Part shown: positions 37,917-45,674 of the stretch, piece by piece
Layout of the letters: each line of letters starts with the position of its first letter
Numbering within the stretch: the first letter of the stretch is position 1
IMG/VR virus record: IMGVR_UViG_3300032017_000002
Location: 1 to 51,929 of that record
Direction: 5' to 3' (one strand)
Source of the DNA: a virus
Lineage: Duplodnaviria > Caudoviricetes
DNA: 51,929 nt
The notes under the pieces: model-generated
Seen by the model: only the letters and a program-made list of their open reading frames with translations
Database searches by the model: none
What the model was told of the DNA's origin: nothing
Made by a program: the position numbers and the translations under genes

Positions 37917-38239
37917 CCAGCCTGATCGACCCGCCGCGTCCGGACGGCAACCAGGTGCCGCAGCCCAAGCACGTCGCGCGCCAGGTCGGCGAGTCCTATC
38001 GGGACTGGGGCGCCCGCCTGGCGGGTCAGCTGCGCGCGGCCGAGCGCGAGATCGAGGAACGCGACGTCACCATCCGGGCGAACGAGCTGGAGATCGAGCG
38101 CCTGCGCGCGGCGCGCGCCGTGCTGGCCGACCGAGACGCTGAGCTGCTCGAACTCAAGGGACCATGCAGCGGGCCGGGGTGCCGACTGCACTGCGCGCAC
38201 CGGGGCCCGTGCGACATCCGCGAGGCGCGCACCCCGTGA
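37913..38239 (+). CDS. Hypothetical coiled-coil protein with Cys/His tail
   Basis: 'KGPCS...CRLH.AH.GPCD'; GTGA overlap with terL. Confidence 0.5.
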   Translation: MTSLIDPPRPDGNQVPQPKHVARQVGESYRDWGARLAGQLRAAEREIEERDVTIRANELEIERLRAARAVLADRDAELLELKGPCSGPGCRLHCAHRGPCDIREARTP

Positions 38240-39891
38240 CCACCCTCGATCAGCGTGCCCGCCGGCCGCAGGGCCGCGCACGCCCCCCCGGCCGGCCGGA
38301 TTCCGGCCCGGTGCTGGGCTCGACCACCCCGCGGATCTGGACGCGCCCGCTGGTGGTCGGCGAGCCGGGTCCGTGCGGGTGCGGCTGCGCGCTGACCGAG
38401 CACAGTTCACTGGGCTTCCAGGCCATCCGGTTCGCCTCGGACGTGCTGCGCGTGCGGCTGTGGCCCTGGCAGCGCTGGTGGCTGATCCACGCCCTGGAGC
38501 TGCGGCCCGACAGCTCGTTCCGCTTCCGCGTGATCCTGACCCTGGTTGCGCGCCAGCAGGGCAAGACCTGGCTGCTCAAGGTGCTCAGCCTCTGGGCGAT
38601 GTACCTCGGGCACGTACAGCTGGTGCTGGGCGCCGCGCAGTCCCTGGACATCGCCGACGAGTCCTGGAAGGGCGCGGTCGAGCTGGCGCAGTCCACGCCC
38701 GCGCTCGCCGAGGAGGTTGCCTCGATCATCCGGGGCAACGGCAAGACCTGCCTGACGCTGGTCAAGCGGTCACGAACGACCGGCCAGGTGGTGCCCGACG
38801 AGATGGGTCCGCGCTACCGCACGGTGGCAGCCACTCCGTCGGCCGGGCGTGGCCTCTCAGTGGGCCTGCTGATCCTGGACGAGCTGCGCGAGCACCGGGA
38901 CTGGGCGGCCTGGGCCAGTCTGACCAAGACCACGATTGCCCAGCTCAACGCGCTGACCGTGCTGATCAGCAACGCTGGCGAGGATCGCTCGGTGGTGCTG
39001 AACGCGACCAGGGAGTCCGCGCTGGCCGCGATGGAGGATCCGGACGCGGACGACTCGATCGCGCTGATGGAGTGGTCGGCGCCCGACGGCTGCGACCTGG
39101 ACGACGAGCTGGCCCTGGCCTGCGCGTGCCCGACGCTGAACCTGCCCGGCTCCGGGTTCACCACCCGGGTGGCCGCCGGCATGCGCGCCGTCGAGCCGCC
39201 CGGGGTGTACCGGACCGAGGTGCTCTGCCAGCGGGTGTCGGCGCTGGATCCGCCGCTGGACCCGATCGCGTGGGCGAACTGCGTGGATCACTCCGGCTCC
39301 CTGGTCACGGTGCGCGAGCAGGTCTGCGTGGTGGTCGACGTGGCCGAGGACGGCGGGCACGCGGTACTGGCCGGCGCGGCGGTGCTGGGTGACGGGCGGA
39401 TCCGGGTCGAGACGATGGCCGCGTGGAACGACGTCGAGACGATGCGTCGCGAGCTGCCCGAGCTGATCGAGCGCATCCGGCCGCTCGACATGGGCTGGTA
39501 CCCCTCGGGCGGGTCGGCCGCCTACGGCGCGGAGTTCCGCTCGCTACGCCTGCGCACCCGGCGCGCGCTGGCGAAGGTGGTCGGCGAGCGCGGCGAGCGC
39601 CACGTGCAGGAGTACGACGAGGACGAGCTGACCCGCCTGGTGGCCGGCATGGAGCGCGAGGCGGCCATGGGCTTCTCGGCGAAGGTGCGCGCCGGGCGGA
39701 TCCTGCGCTCGCCGGACCCGCTGATGACCGCGCACGGCGCGGCGGCGGTGAAGATCCCGCGCCCGGGTGGGTGGACCTTCGGACGCACCGACGGCGGGCA
39801 CGTCACCGCGGTGCGCGCGGCGGCCGGCGCGGCATACCTGGCCCAGCTCGCGCCGCCGGCTGCGCCGATGCCGCGCTCGGCGGTGTTCTGA
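38236..39891 (+). CDS. terL: Terminase large subunit
   Basis: 'L.PWQ' adenine-binding motif, Walker A 'VARQQGKT', Walker B 'LLILDELRE', 'ISNAG', 'YRTEVLCQ'; upstream of the portal. Confidence 0.93.
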   Translation: MTTLDQRARRPQGRARPPGRPDSGPVLGSTTPRIWTRPLVVGEPGPCGCGCALTEHSSLGFQAIRFASDVLRVRLWPWQRWWLIHALELRPDSSFRFRVILTLVARQQGKTWLLKVLSLWAMYLGHVQLVLGAAQSLDIADESWKGAVELAQSTPALAEEVASIIRGNGKTCLTLVKRSRTTGQVVPDEMGPRYRTVAATPSAGRGLSVGLLILDELREHRDWAAWASLTKTTIAQLNALTVLISNAGEDRSVVLNATRESALAAMEDPDADDSIALMEWSAPDGCDLDDELALACACPTLNLPGSGFTTRVAAGMRAVEPPGVYRTEVLCQRVSALDPPLDPIAWANCVDHSGSLVTVREQVCVVVDVAEDGGHAVLAGAAVLGDGRIRVETMAAWNDVETMRRELPELIERIRPLDMGWYPSGGSAAYGAEFRSLRLRTRRALAKVVGERGERHVQEYDEDELTRLVAGMEREAAMGFSAKVRAGRILRSPDPLMTAHGAAAVKIPRPGGWTFGRTDGGHVTAVRAAAGAAYLAQLAPPAAPMPRSAVF

Positions 39892-39904
39892 TGGGCGCCC
39901 CGAG

Positions 39905-40138
39905 GTGACCGTCCCCGGTGACCTGCGCTCGGCGCTGGCCACGGCGGGGCAGCTGGCCGGCGCGGGCGTGATGCTGGCGGGGTTGTACCTGCTGGCCGGC
40001 CTGGCGTGGACCATGGTCGTGGCGGGCGCCGCGCTGCTGGCGGTCTCCACGCTGGTCGAGATAGTCGCCGGTCCGCGCGCCGGCGTGCGATCATCCCGGG
40101 CAGTATCCACAAGTCGATCACCAGGTGTGGAGGAGTAG
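39905..40138 (+). CDS. Small membrane protein between terL and portal
   Basis: Two TMs; a common gene at this position in HK97-like modules. Confidence 0.6.
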   Translation: MTVPGDLRSALATAGQLAGAGVMLAGLYLLAGLAWTMVVAGAALLAVSTLVEIVAGPRAGVRSSRAVSTSRSPGVEE

Positions 40139-40141
40139 CTG

Positions 40142-42193
40142 ATGGGGCTCGGCCAGCTGCTCGGGCCGGTGCTGAACCGGAACCTGGTCTACGACGTCAC
40201 CAACACCCAGTCCGGCGCGCACGACACCTACACGATCGTGACCGACGGCGGGCCGGGCATGTATCCGGACTGGAGCGCGGGCGCGTATCGCGGTTTGCTC
40301 GGGATCCCGGCCGCCGACCAGGCCATGATGCTGATCGCCGGGCTGATCGGGCGGGTGCCCTGGTGCGGCTACCGCAAGGTGGCCGGTCGGCGTCCGGTGA
40401 AGCTCGACCCAGAGCCGACCATCCTGGACTACCCGGCGGGCAGCTTCGAGATCCCGCTACGCACCTGGCACGGCTGGGCCATGGACCGGATGGCGCACGG
40501 CAACGGGGTCGGCCTGGTGGCCGCCCGCACGCCGGACGGCTGGCCGAGCGCCTACACGCCGGTGTCGGCCGAGATGGTCTCGGTGGCGCGCGCCGGCCAG
40601 GGGTGGATGCCGGCGGGGTTCGCCGAGGGCGAGATCGTCTGGTACATCGGCGGGCGGTACTACCACCAGTACGAGGTGATCCATTTCAAGGGGCCCGCGA
40701 AGCCCGGCGACCTGCGCGGCATGGGCGTGCTGGAGAACCACTTCGCCACCCTGGACCGGTCCAGGAAGCTGGACCGTCAGGCGTCGGACGTGGACGCGAA
40801 CGCGGTGCCGACCGGCCTGCTCAAGTCGCTGAACCCGGACCTGACCCAGGCCGAGGCGACCGCGCTCAAGGACGCGTGGCGCACCGCCCAGGCGACCCGC
40901 ACGGTGGCCGTGCTGAACCCGTCCACGGAGTTCGAGCCGATCAGCTGGTCGCCGACCGACGCACAGCTGCTGGAGGCCCGGCAGTACACCCTGACCGAAT
41001 GGGCCAACATCTTCGGGATCGACTCGTCGTTCCTGGGCGGGGACTCCCCGAAGGGAACCTACGCGAATCTGGAGGAAAAGGGCCTGGATCTGCTGCGATA
41101 CGGGCGACCTGGAGAAATGGTCGTGGAGTTCGAGCAGACCCTGACCATGCAGCTCCCGCGCGGGCAGTACGTCAAGGCCAATATGGATTTCACGTTGCGG
41201 CCCAGCACGCAGACCCGTTACGAGACCCATGCCATTGGCATCGCGGGCGGCTTCCTGACCCCGGACGAGGCGCGCGAGCTGGAGGACCGGGACCCGCTGA
41301 CCGAGCAGCAGCGTGCGCAGATCCAGGCGGCCAACGCGAAGGCGCCCGCAGGCCCGGCCGGTCAGCAGTCCTCGGCGCCGGTGATGCCGCAGTCCCCCGG
41401 CGAGGTGGCCGGGCGTGGACGCCTGCGGGCCCAGCTGGAAGTGCTCGACATCCTGCGCGGACGGCACTCCGCGCCGGAGCCGGGCGGCGCCGGCGGCGAC
41501 CAGCCACGGTGGCCGGAGGGCAGTCCGTTGGGCGGCCAGTGGATCGGCACCTCGTCGAGCGCGAGCCGGGGCGAGGGCGCCCCGGCCTCCGGGGTCGTGC
41601 TGTTCGACCCGAACGATTCCGGCGAGCTGGAGGAGACCCGTCCCGCCGGCGCGAAGCGGCGTAGCGGACAGGGGGGCGGCGGCGACACCGGACTCAAGCC
41701 CTACCGGCTCAACGACGAGAAGTACTGCCCGACCTGCGGCGGCAAGGCCCAGGACCCGCAGATGTCGGACCCGGAGTCCAGCGCGGGGTTCGCCGGATGG
41801 AAGCCCGACGGGACCGAGGTCTGGTACAGCGCGCCCGAGTCCTGCGACGAGCCGTATCACGACAAGTCGGACCCGGACTATCAGAACGACCGCGCGCAGG
41901 ATGCGCGCGTCTCGCGCGATCCGGCGATCACCTGGTTCGACGAGGCCGACGTCCTCGACGACGACGAGATCGTGCCGGGCGCCGACGATGCAGAGCTGCG
42001 CGCAGCGGACCTGTCCGGCGGCCGGCTCAAGGCGTACTGGACGACCGGTCCGGGCCTGGCGAAGTGGCGCGGGTCGCCGACCCCGTGGCGGGCGTTGCGC
42101 CGGCACCTGTCCAAGTACCTGTCCGGGCGCAAGCTGGATGCGACCACCTCGGCCTGGTACCGGATCGTGTTCGGAAGGCTGCCGAACGGATGA
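40142..42193 (+). CDS. Portal protein (HK97 type) with about 280-aa C-terminal extension
   Basis: 'HGNG', 'EVIHFK...G.GVL', 'ISWSPTDAQLLEAR', 'YANLE', 'GFLTPDEARELED'. Confidence 0.9.
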   Translation: MGLGQLLGPVLNRNLVYDVTNTQSGAHDTYTIVTDGGPGMYPDWSAGAYRGLLGIPAADQAMMLIAGLIGRVPWCGYRKVAGRRPVKLDPEPTILDYPAGSFEIPLRTWHGWAMDRMAHGNGVGLVAARTPDGWPSAYTPVSAEMVSVARAGQGWMPAGFAEGEIVWYIGGRYYHQYEVIHFKGPAKPGDLRGMGVLENHFATLDRSRKLDRQASDVDANAVPTGLLKSLNPDLTQAEATALKDAWRTAQATRTVAVLNPSTEFEPISWSPTDAQLLEARQYTLTEWANIFGIDSSFLGGDSPKGTYANLEEKGLDLLRYGRPGEMVVEFEQTLTMQLPRGQYVKANMDFTLRPSTQTRYETHAIGIAGGFLTPDEARELEDRDPLTEQQRAQIQAANAKAPAGPAGQQSSAPVMPQSPGEVAGRGRLRAQLEVLDILRGRHSAPEPGGAGGDQPRWPEGSPLGGQWIGTSSSASRGEGAPASGVVLFDPNDSGELEETRPAGAKRRSGQGGGGDTGLKPYRLNDEKYCPTCGGKAQDPQMSDPESSAGFAGWKPDGTEVWYSAPESCDEPYHDKSDPDYQNDRAQDARVSRDPAITWFDEADVLDDDEIVPGADDAELRAADLSGGRLKAYWTTGPGLAKWRGSPTPWRALRRHLSKYLSGRKLDATTSAWYRIVFGRLPNG

Positions 42194-42999
42194 GCGTCAT
42201 CATCCCGGCCGGCCAGCTGGTGCAGCGCGTCCGATGGGGCGCGGTCTACCCGGCCGGGTTCGGTCCGGCCCCGATGCCGGCCGCGCGGGTATGGCTGCAC
42301 CACTCCGAGACGGTCTCGGCGGGGCCGAACGCGACGCTGGACGCGGACATCGCCACCGTGCAGGCGCTGGAGCGGATCGGGCAGCAGCGGTTCGGCGGCG
42401 GGATCAGCTACACGTTCGCGGTGTGCGAGTCGGGGCGGATCTTCGAGGGCACCGGGCCGACCCGGCGCGGTGCGCACACCAAGGGCGAGAACACGGTGGC
42501 GCGCGCGATCGTGCTGGTGGGCAGCTACATGACCCGCGAGCCGACCGAGCAGCAGCTGGCCGCCGTCGCACTGCTGCTGGCGCGTGGCGCGCCGGGCTGG
42601 TGGCGCCTGCCCGAGCTGGCCGGCGGACACCGGGACGCGCCCGGCGCGGCGACCAGCTGCCCGGGCGACCGCGCGTACGCGCACGTAGGTCAGATCAACG
42701 TCAGAGCCGCGCAGCTGTGGGCCGCAGGGGAGGACGACGACATGTTCGACGAGCGCGACCGCGCGAAGCTCGACCGGGTGCATCAGGAGCTGACCCGCCA
42801 GCTGGCCAACCGGCGCGGCCCGAGCGGGCGCACCATCGTCAACGGCGGCCAGGACACGCCCGCGGGCTACGCGGCCAACGCCGATGGCATGGGCTTTCGC
42901 GCCGAGGCCGTGCTGGGCTCGCTGCTGCTGGCCCAGCAGCAGACCAACCGCGCCCTGGCAGAGCTGACTGCGCGGATCGAGAGGATGGAAGGCCGATGA
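42190..42999 (+). CDS. Endolysin, N-acetylmuramoyl-L-alanine amidase (Amidase_2/PGRP-like)
   Basis: 'WLHHS', 'ISYTF...GRIFEG...GAHT.G.N', 'GHRD...TSCPG'. Confidence 0.88.
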   Translation: MSVIIPAGQLVQRVRWGAVYPAGFGPAPMPAARVWLHHSETVSAGPNATLDADIATVQALERIGQQRFGGGISYTFAVCESGRIFEGTGPTRRGAHTKGENTVARAIVLVGSYMTREPTEQQLAAVALLLARGAPGWWRLPELAGGHRDAPGAATSCPGDRAYAHVGQINVRAAQLWAAGEDDDMFDERDRAKLDRVHQELTRQLANRRGPSGRTIVNGGQDTPAGYAANADGMGFRAEAVLGSLLLAQQQTNRALAELTARIERMEGR

Positions 43000-43643
43000 C
43001 CGCTGGGATCCCCGGGACCAACGCGACCGACCCGAACCGGCCCTACGGCGGCGAGGCGGTCTTCACCCGCACGTTCCGCCCGTTGCTCGAGGTGCGCACC
43101 GCGGGTAAGGGCGGCGACGGGCGGGTGATCGAGGGCATCGCGGTGCCCTGGCTACAGGAACAGCGCATCGATCACTCCCTGGTCGAGCAGTTCGCGCCGG
43201 GCGCGTTCGATCACCAGCTGCGCGCGGCGCACCGGGTGCCGGTGTCCTGGGAGCACATGACGCTGGGCGGCCAGCTGGTCGGGCGGGCGCTGGAGCTGCG
43301 CAACGACGCGGCCGGGCTGTGGGGCGCCTACCGGATCTCGGCGACGTCGGCGGGCGACGACCTGCTGGCGCTGGTCGGCGACGAGGTGCTCTCCGAGCTG
43401 AGCATCGGGTTCCGCGAGCGGGAGAACTTCCGCGAGCCCAACGGCACCATCACGCGCGTGCGCGCGGACCTGCGGGAGGTGGCGGTGGTCCTGGCCGGCG
43501 CCTACGGCGAGGGCGCGTCGATCCTCGCGGTGCGCTCGGACCAGCAGCAGGGCACGACCGCCTGGCGCCCGGAGCCGCGCCGGATCGACCAGGTCGACGC
43601 GCTGCTGGCGGGGATGGGCGCGTTGCCGGCGCTGCCGGAGTAG
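42996..43643 (+). CDS. Prohead (capsid maturation) protease, HK97 family
   Basis: 'IEGIAVPW...EQFAPGAF...EH...VGR...LSIGF...LREVAVV..GAY'. Confidence 0.92.
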   Translation: MTAGIPGTNATDPNRPYGGEAVFTRTFRPLLEVRTAGKGGDGRVIEGIAVPWLQEQRIDHSLVEQFAPGAFDHQLRAAHRVPVSWEHMTLGGQLVGRALELRNDAAGLWGAYRISATSAGDDLLALVGDEVLSELSIGFRERENFREPNGTITRVRADLREVAVVLAGAYGEGASILAVRSDQQQGTTAWRPEPRRIDQVDALLAGMGALPALPE

Positions 43644-43813
43644 ATGCACCGGCGCTCCGTGGATGCGGGCGGGAAACGGCACCCCGCCAGGGCCGGCTCC
43701 ATTCCAGCCGCAGCCTGCCGTAGCCGCTGCTGGGACCGTGACCTTCGATCCGAGGACTCGCATCCACGCAACGCCGGTGCCGCGTCAGGATAGCTCACTG
43801 CGTTGGCCCACGA

Positions 43814-43856
43814 CTAGCGCGTGACTTGCGCGTGAGCATGCGCTAGCTTGTGGGCT
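43814..43856 (+). promoter_or_regulatory. Dedicated leaderless promoter of the RAMP cassette, overlapped by an inverted repeat
   Basis: GTGACT(43821)-17 nt-TAGCTT(43844)-7 nt-ATG(43857); inverted repeat ctagcgcgtg...catgcgctag at 43814-43846. Confidence 0.6.
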
Positions 43857-44429
43857 ATGGCTCACGCAACGCTCACGATGCGCGGCACGGCGCCGCTGCT
43901 CATGCACAACACCCGCCTGGCCGACCCGCTCGATCCGATCGTGCGGGAGATGAAACCGATCATGGCCAAGCGCTCGCGCAAGACCGACGAGGACCGCGAG
44001 GCGCTGGCGCGCCTGGAGTACGTCGGTGGCCTCTACTTCGACCCGGACGTCGGCCCGTTCGTGCCCGGCGAGAACGTCCGGCAGTGCCTGCGCGGAGCGG
44101 CCAAGCGCAGCCGGCGCGGAGACAAGGTGCAGGCGGGCGTGCTCGTCCCGGAGCGGGTCAACCCGCTGGGCTACACCGGCCCGCGTGACCTGGACGAGCT
44201 GTGGAAGGACGCGAACTTCCGCACCGTGGACTCGGTGGTGGTCGAGCGCAAGCGGATCATGCGCACCCGCCCGATGTTCCGGGACTGGGCGCTCTCGGTG
44301 GAGATCGAGTTCGACCCGGAGATCATCGACCGCACCGAGCTGGAGGAGTTCGCCCGGCTCGCCGGATCCATCGTCGGGATCGGGGACTGGCGCCCGGTGT
44401 ACGGCCGGTTCGCGGTGGAGTTCGAGTGA
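43857..44429 (+). CDS. Stand-alone Cas7/RAMP-like RNA-binding protein (putative effector of an RNA-guided system)
   Basis: First strand 'LTMRGTAPLLMH' (RAMP beta1), 'PFVPGENVRQCLRGAA' (compare 'IPGSS.KG..R'), thumb 'RIMRTRPMF', Gly-rich loop 'AGSIVGIGDWRPVYGRFAV'; 190 aa. Confidence 0.8.
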   Translation: MAHATLTMRGTAPLLMHNTRLADPLDPIVREMKPIMAKRSRKTDEDREALARLEYVGGLYFDPDVGPFVPGENVRQCLRGAAKRSRRGDKVQAGVLVPERVNPLGYTGPRDLDELWKDANFRTVDSVVVERKRIMRTRPMFRDWALSVEIEFDPEIIDRTELEEFARLAGSIVGIGDWRPVYGRFAVEFE

Positions 44430-44971
44430 TGTCCCCGTTCACCCCGGTGGGCGCGGTCGCGCGCTGGCGCACGCTCTACGACCTGCTGCGGGCGGCGAAG
44501 GTCGGCGAGGTGGTCACCTACGTGGCCATGGCGACCGCGCTGGAGCTGCACCCGGACCAGGACCGTACGACCATCCAGCTGGCGGTGCGTCGGGCGGTCA
44601 AGGAGTTGGAGACCGAGAATCGGCGCACCGCGCGGGCGGTGCCGAACAAGGGCTACGAGATCGTCGAGCCGGGCGTGCAGTTGGACCTTGCGCGCCATCA
44701 CCAGGGCAAGGCGGGCCGCGCGCTGGTACGCGCGCAGAGTAAGGCGGTCAACGTCGACTTCAACGGCATGGACGCCGGCATCCGCCAGGCGTTCGAGCTG
44801 GTCGGCCAGGCGCTGGCCGCGCAGATCGACCTGTCGCGCCGGCTCTCGGTACGCACTGAGCGGCTAGAGAAAGCCCTGTCCAGCACGACCCAGCGCGGCG
44901 AGCGGACCGAGGCCGAGGTGGCCGCGCTGCACGAGCGGCTGGCGAAGCTGGAGAAGCTCGTGAGCGAGTAG
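44429..44971 (+). CDS. Winged-helix plus coiled-coil accessory protein of the cassette
   Basis: TGATG coupling to the RAMP gene; 'GEVVTY..M...L...AVRRAVKELE...AVPNKGYEIV' winged-helix pattern; C-terminal heptads. Confidence 0.7.
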   Translation: MSPFTPVGAVARWRTLYDLLRAAKVGEVVTYVAMATALELHPDQDRTTIQLAVRRAVKELETENRRTARAVPNKGYEIVEPGVQLDLARHHQGKAGRALVRAQSKAVNVDFNGMDAGIRQAFELVGQALAAQIDLSRRLSVRTERLEKALSSTTQRGERTEAEVAALHERLAKLEKLVSE

Positions 44972-45086
44972 GACCCGGCTCGGCATGGCACGGCGGGGCA
45001 TGGCACGGCGGGGCAGGACCCGGCTCGGCGTGGCAGGGCGGGGCGGGGCGCGGCTCGGCTCGGCACGGCATGGCCGGGCGAGGCAT

Positions 45087-45138
45087 GGACGGTTGGGCGA
45101 GCGGCACACATCCGGGTTCGAGTCCCGGACGCCCGCGC
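45087..45138 (+). repeat. 52-bp structured repeat, copy 1
   Basis: ggacggttgggcgagcggcacacatccgggttcgagtcccggacgcccgcgc. Confidence 0.95.
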
Positions 45139-45265
45139 GTGGCGCGGCCGGGCAGGGTTTGGCGTGGCGGGGCCGGGCAAGTCATGGCCTGGCAAGGCAT
45201 GGCAGTGCTGGGCAGGGCGAGGCCAGGCGCGGCAAGGCGAGGCCAGGCGCGGCGCGACGAGGCAG

Positions 45266-45317
45266 GGACGGTTGGGCGAGCGGCACACATCCGGGTTCGG
45301 GTCCTGGACGCCCGCGC
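45266..45317 (+). repeat. 52-bp structured repeat, copy 2
   Basis: Two substitutions relative to copy 1. Confidence 0.95.
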
Positions 45318-45439
45318 AAGGCGTGGCGAGGCAATGCGTGGTGAGGCTCGGCAGGGCTGGGCTATGCATGTCCGGGCTGGGCGCGGTGAGGCTGGACGTG
45401 GCAAGGCAGGGCGATGCCAGGCACGGCGAGGCGAGGCAG

Positions 45440-45491
45440 GGACGGCTGGGCGAGCGGCACACATCCGGGTTCGGGTCCTGGACGCCCGCGC
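45440..45491 (+). repeat. 52-bp structured repeat, copy 3
   Basis: One substitution relative to copy 2. Confidence 0.95.
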
Positions 45492-45640
45492 TTGGTGAGG
45501 CGTGGCGTGGACAGGCGAGGCATGGCAGGGCGCCGCTGGGCAGGGCATGGCCAGGTTGGACGAGGCAAGGCCGGGCCAGGCAAGGCAGTGCGGGGCGTGG
45601 CTGAGCGCGGCAAGGCAAGACCCGGCGCGGCATGGCAGGG

Positions 45641-45674
45641 GTACGGCCCCCGGACTTCGGTCCAGGGGCCGTAC
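45641..45674 (+). terminator. cUUCGg-capped hairpin closing the array
   Basis: gtacggcccc-c-ggac-ttcg-gtcc-a-ggggccgtac; no U-tract. Confidence 0.7.

Larger units (their letters stand above)
44972..45674 (+). ncRNA. Putative guide-RNA array: four (GGY-NN)n tracts separated by 52-bp tRNA-like repeats
   Basis: Tracts 44972-45086 (23 pentamers), 45141-45265 (25), 45320-45439 (24), 45494-45638 (29). 85 of 101 units start with GGC/GGT, the rest are single substitutions of GGC, and there are no phase-breaking indels. Confidence 0.85.

Noticed and set aside
45087-45138. Bona fide tRNA genes
   Set aside because: A T-arm and acceptor-like stem are present, but there is no anticodon arm or proper D-stem and the unit is too short.
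44972-45638. Canonical CRISPR array
   Set aside because: Repeats are 52 bp and the intervening units are 115-145 nt of pentamer-periodic sequence rather than 30-40 nt unique spacers; no cas1/cas2/cas6.
44972-45638. Simple microsatellite or assembly artefact
   Set aside because: The variable positions are diverse and tract-specific, phase is perfectly kept, and tracts are delimited by structured repeats.
45141-45638. Self-targets or peptide decoding for tracts 2-4
   Set aside because: No convincing match by eye in either orientation; this needs a computational gapped search, so no claim is made.
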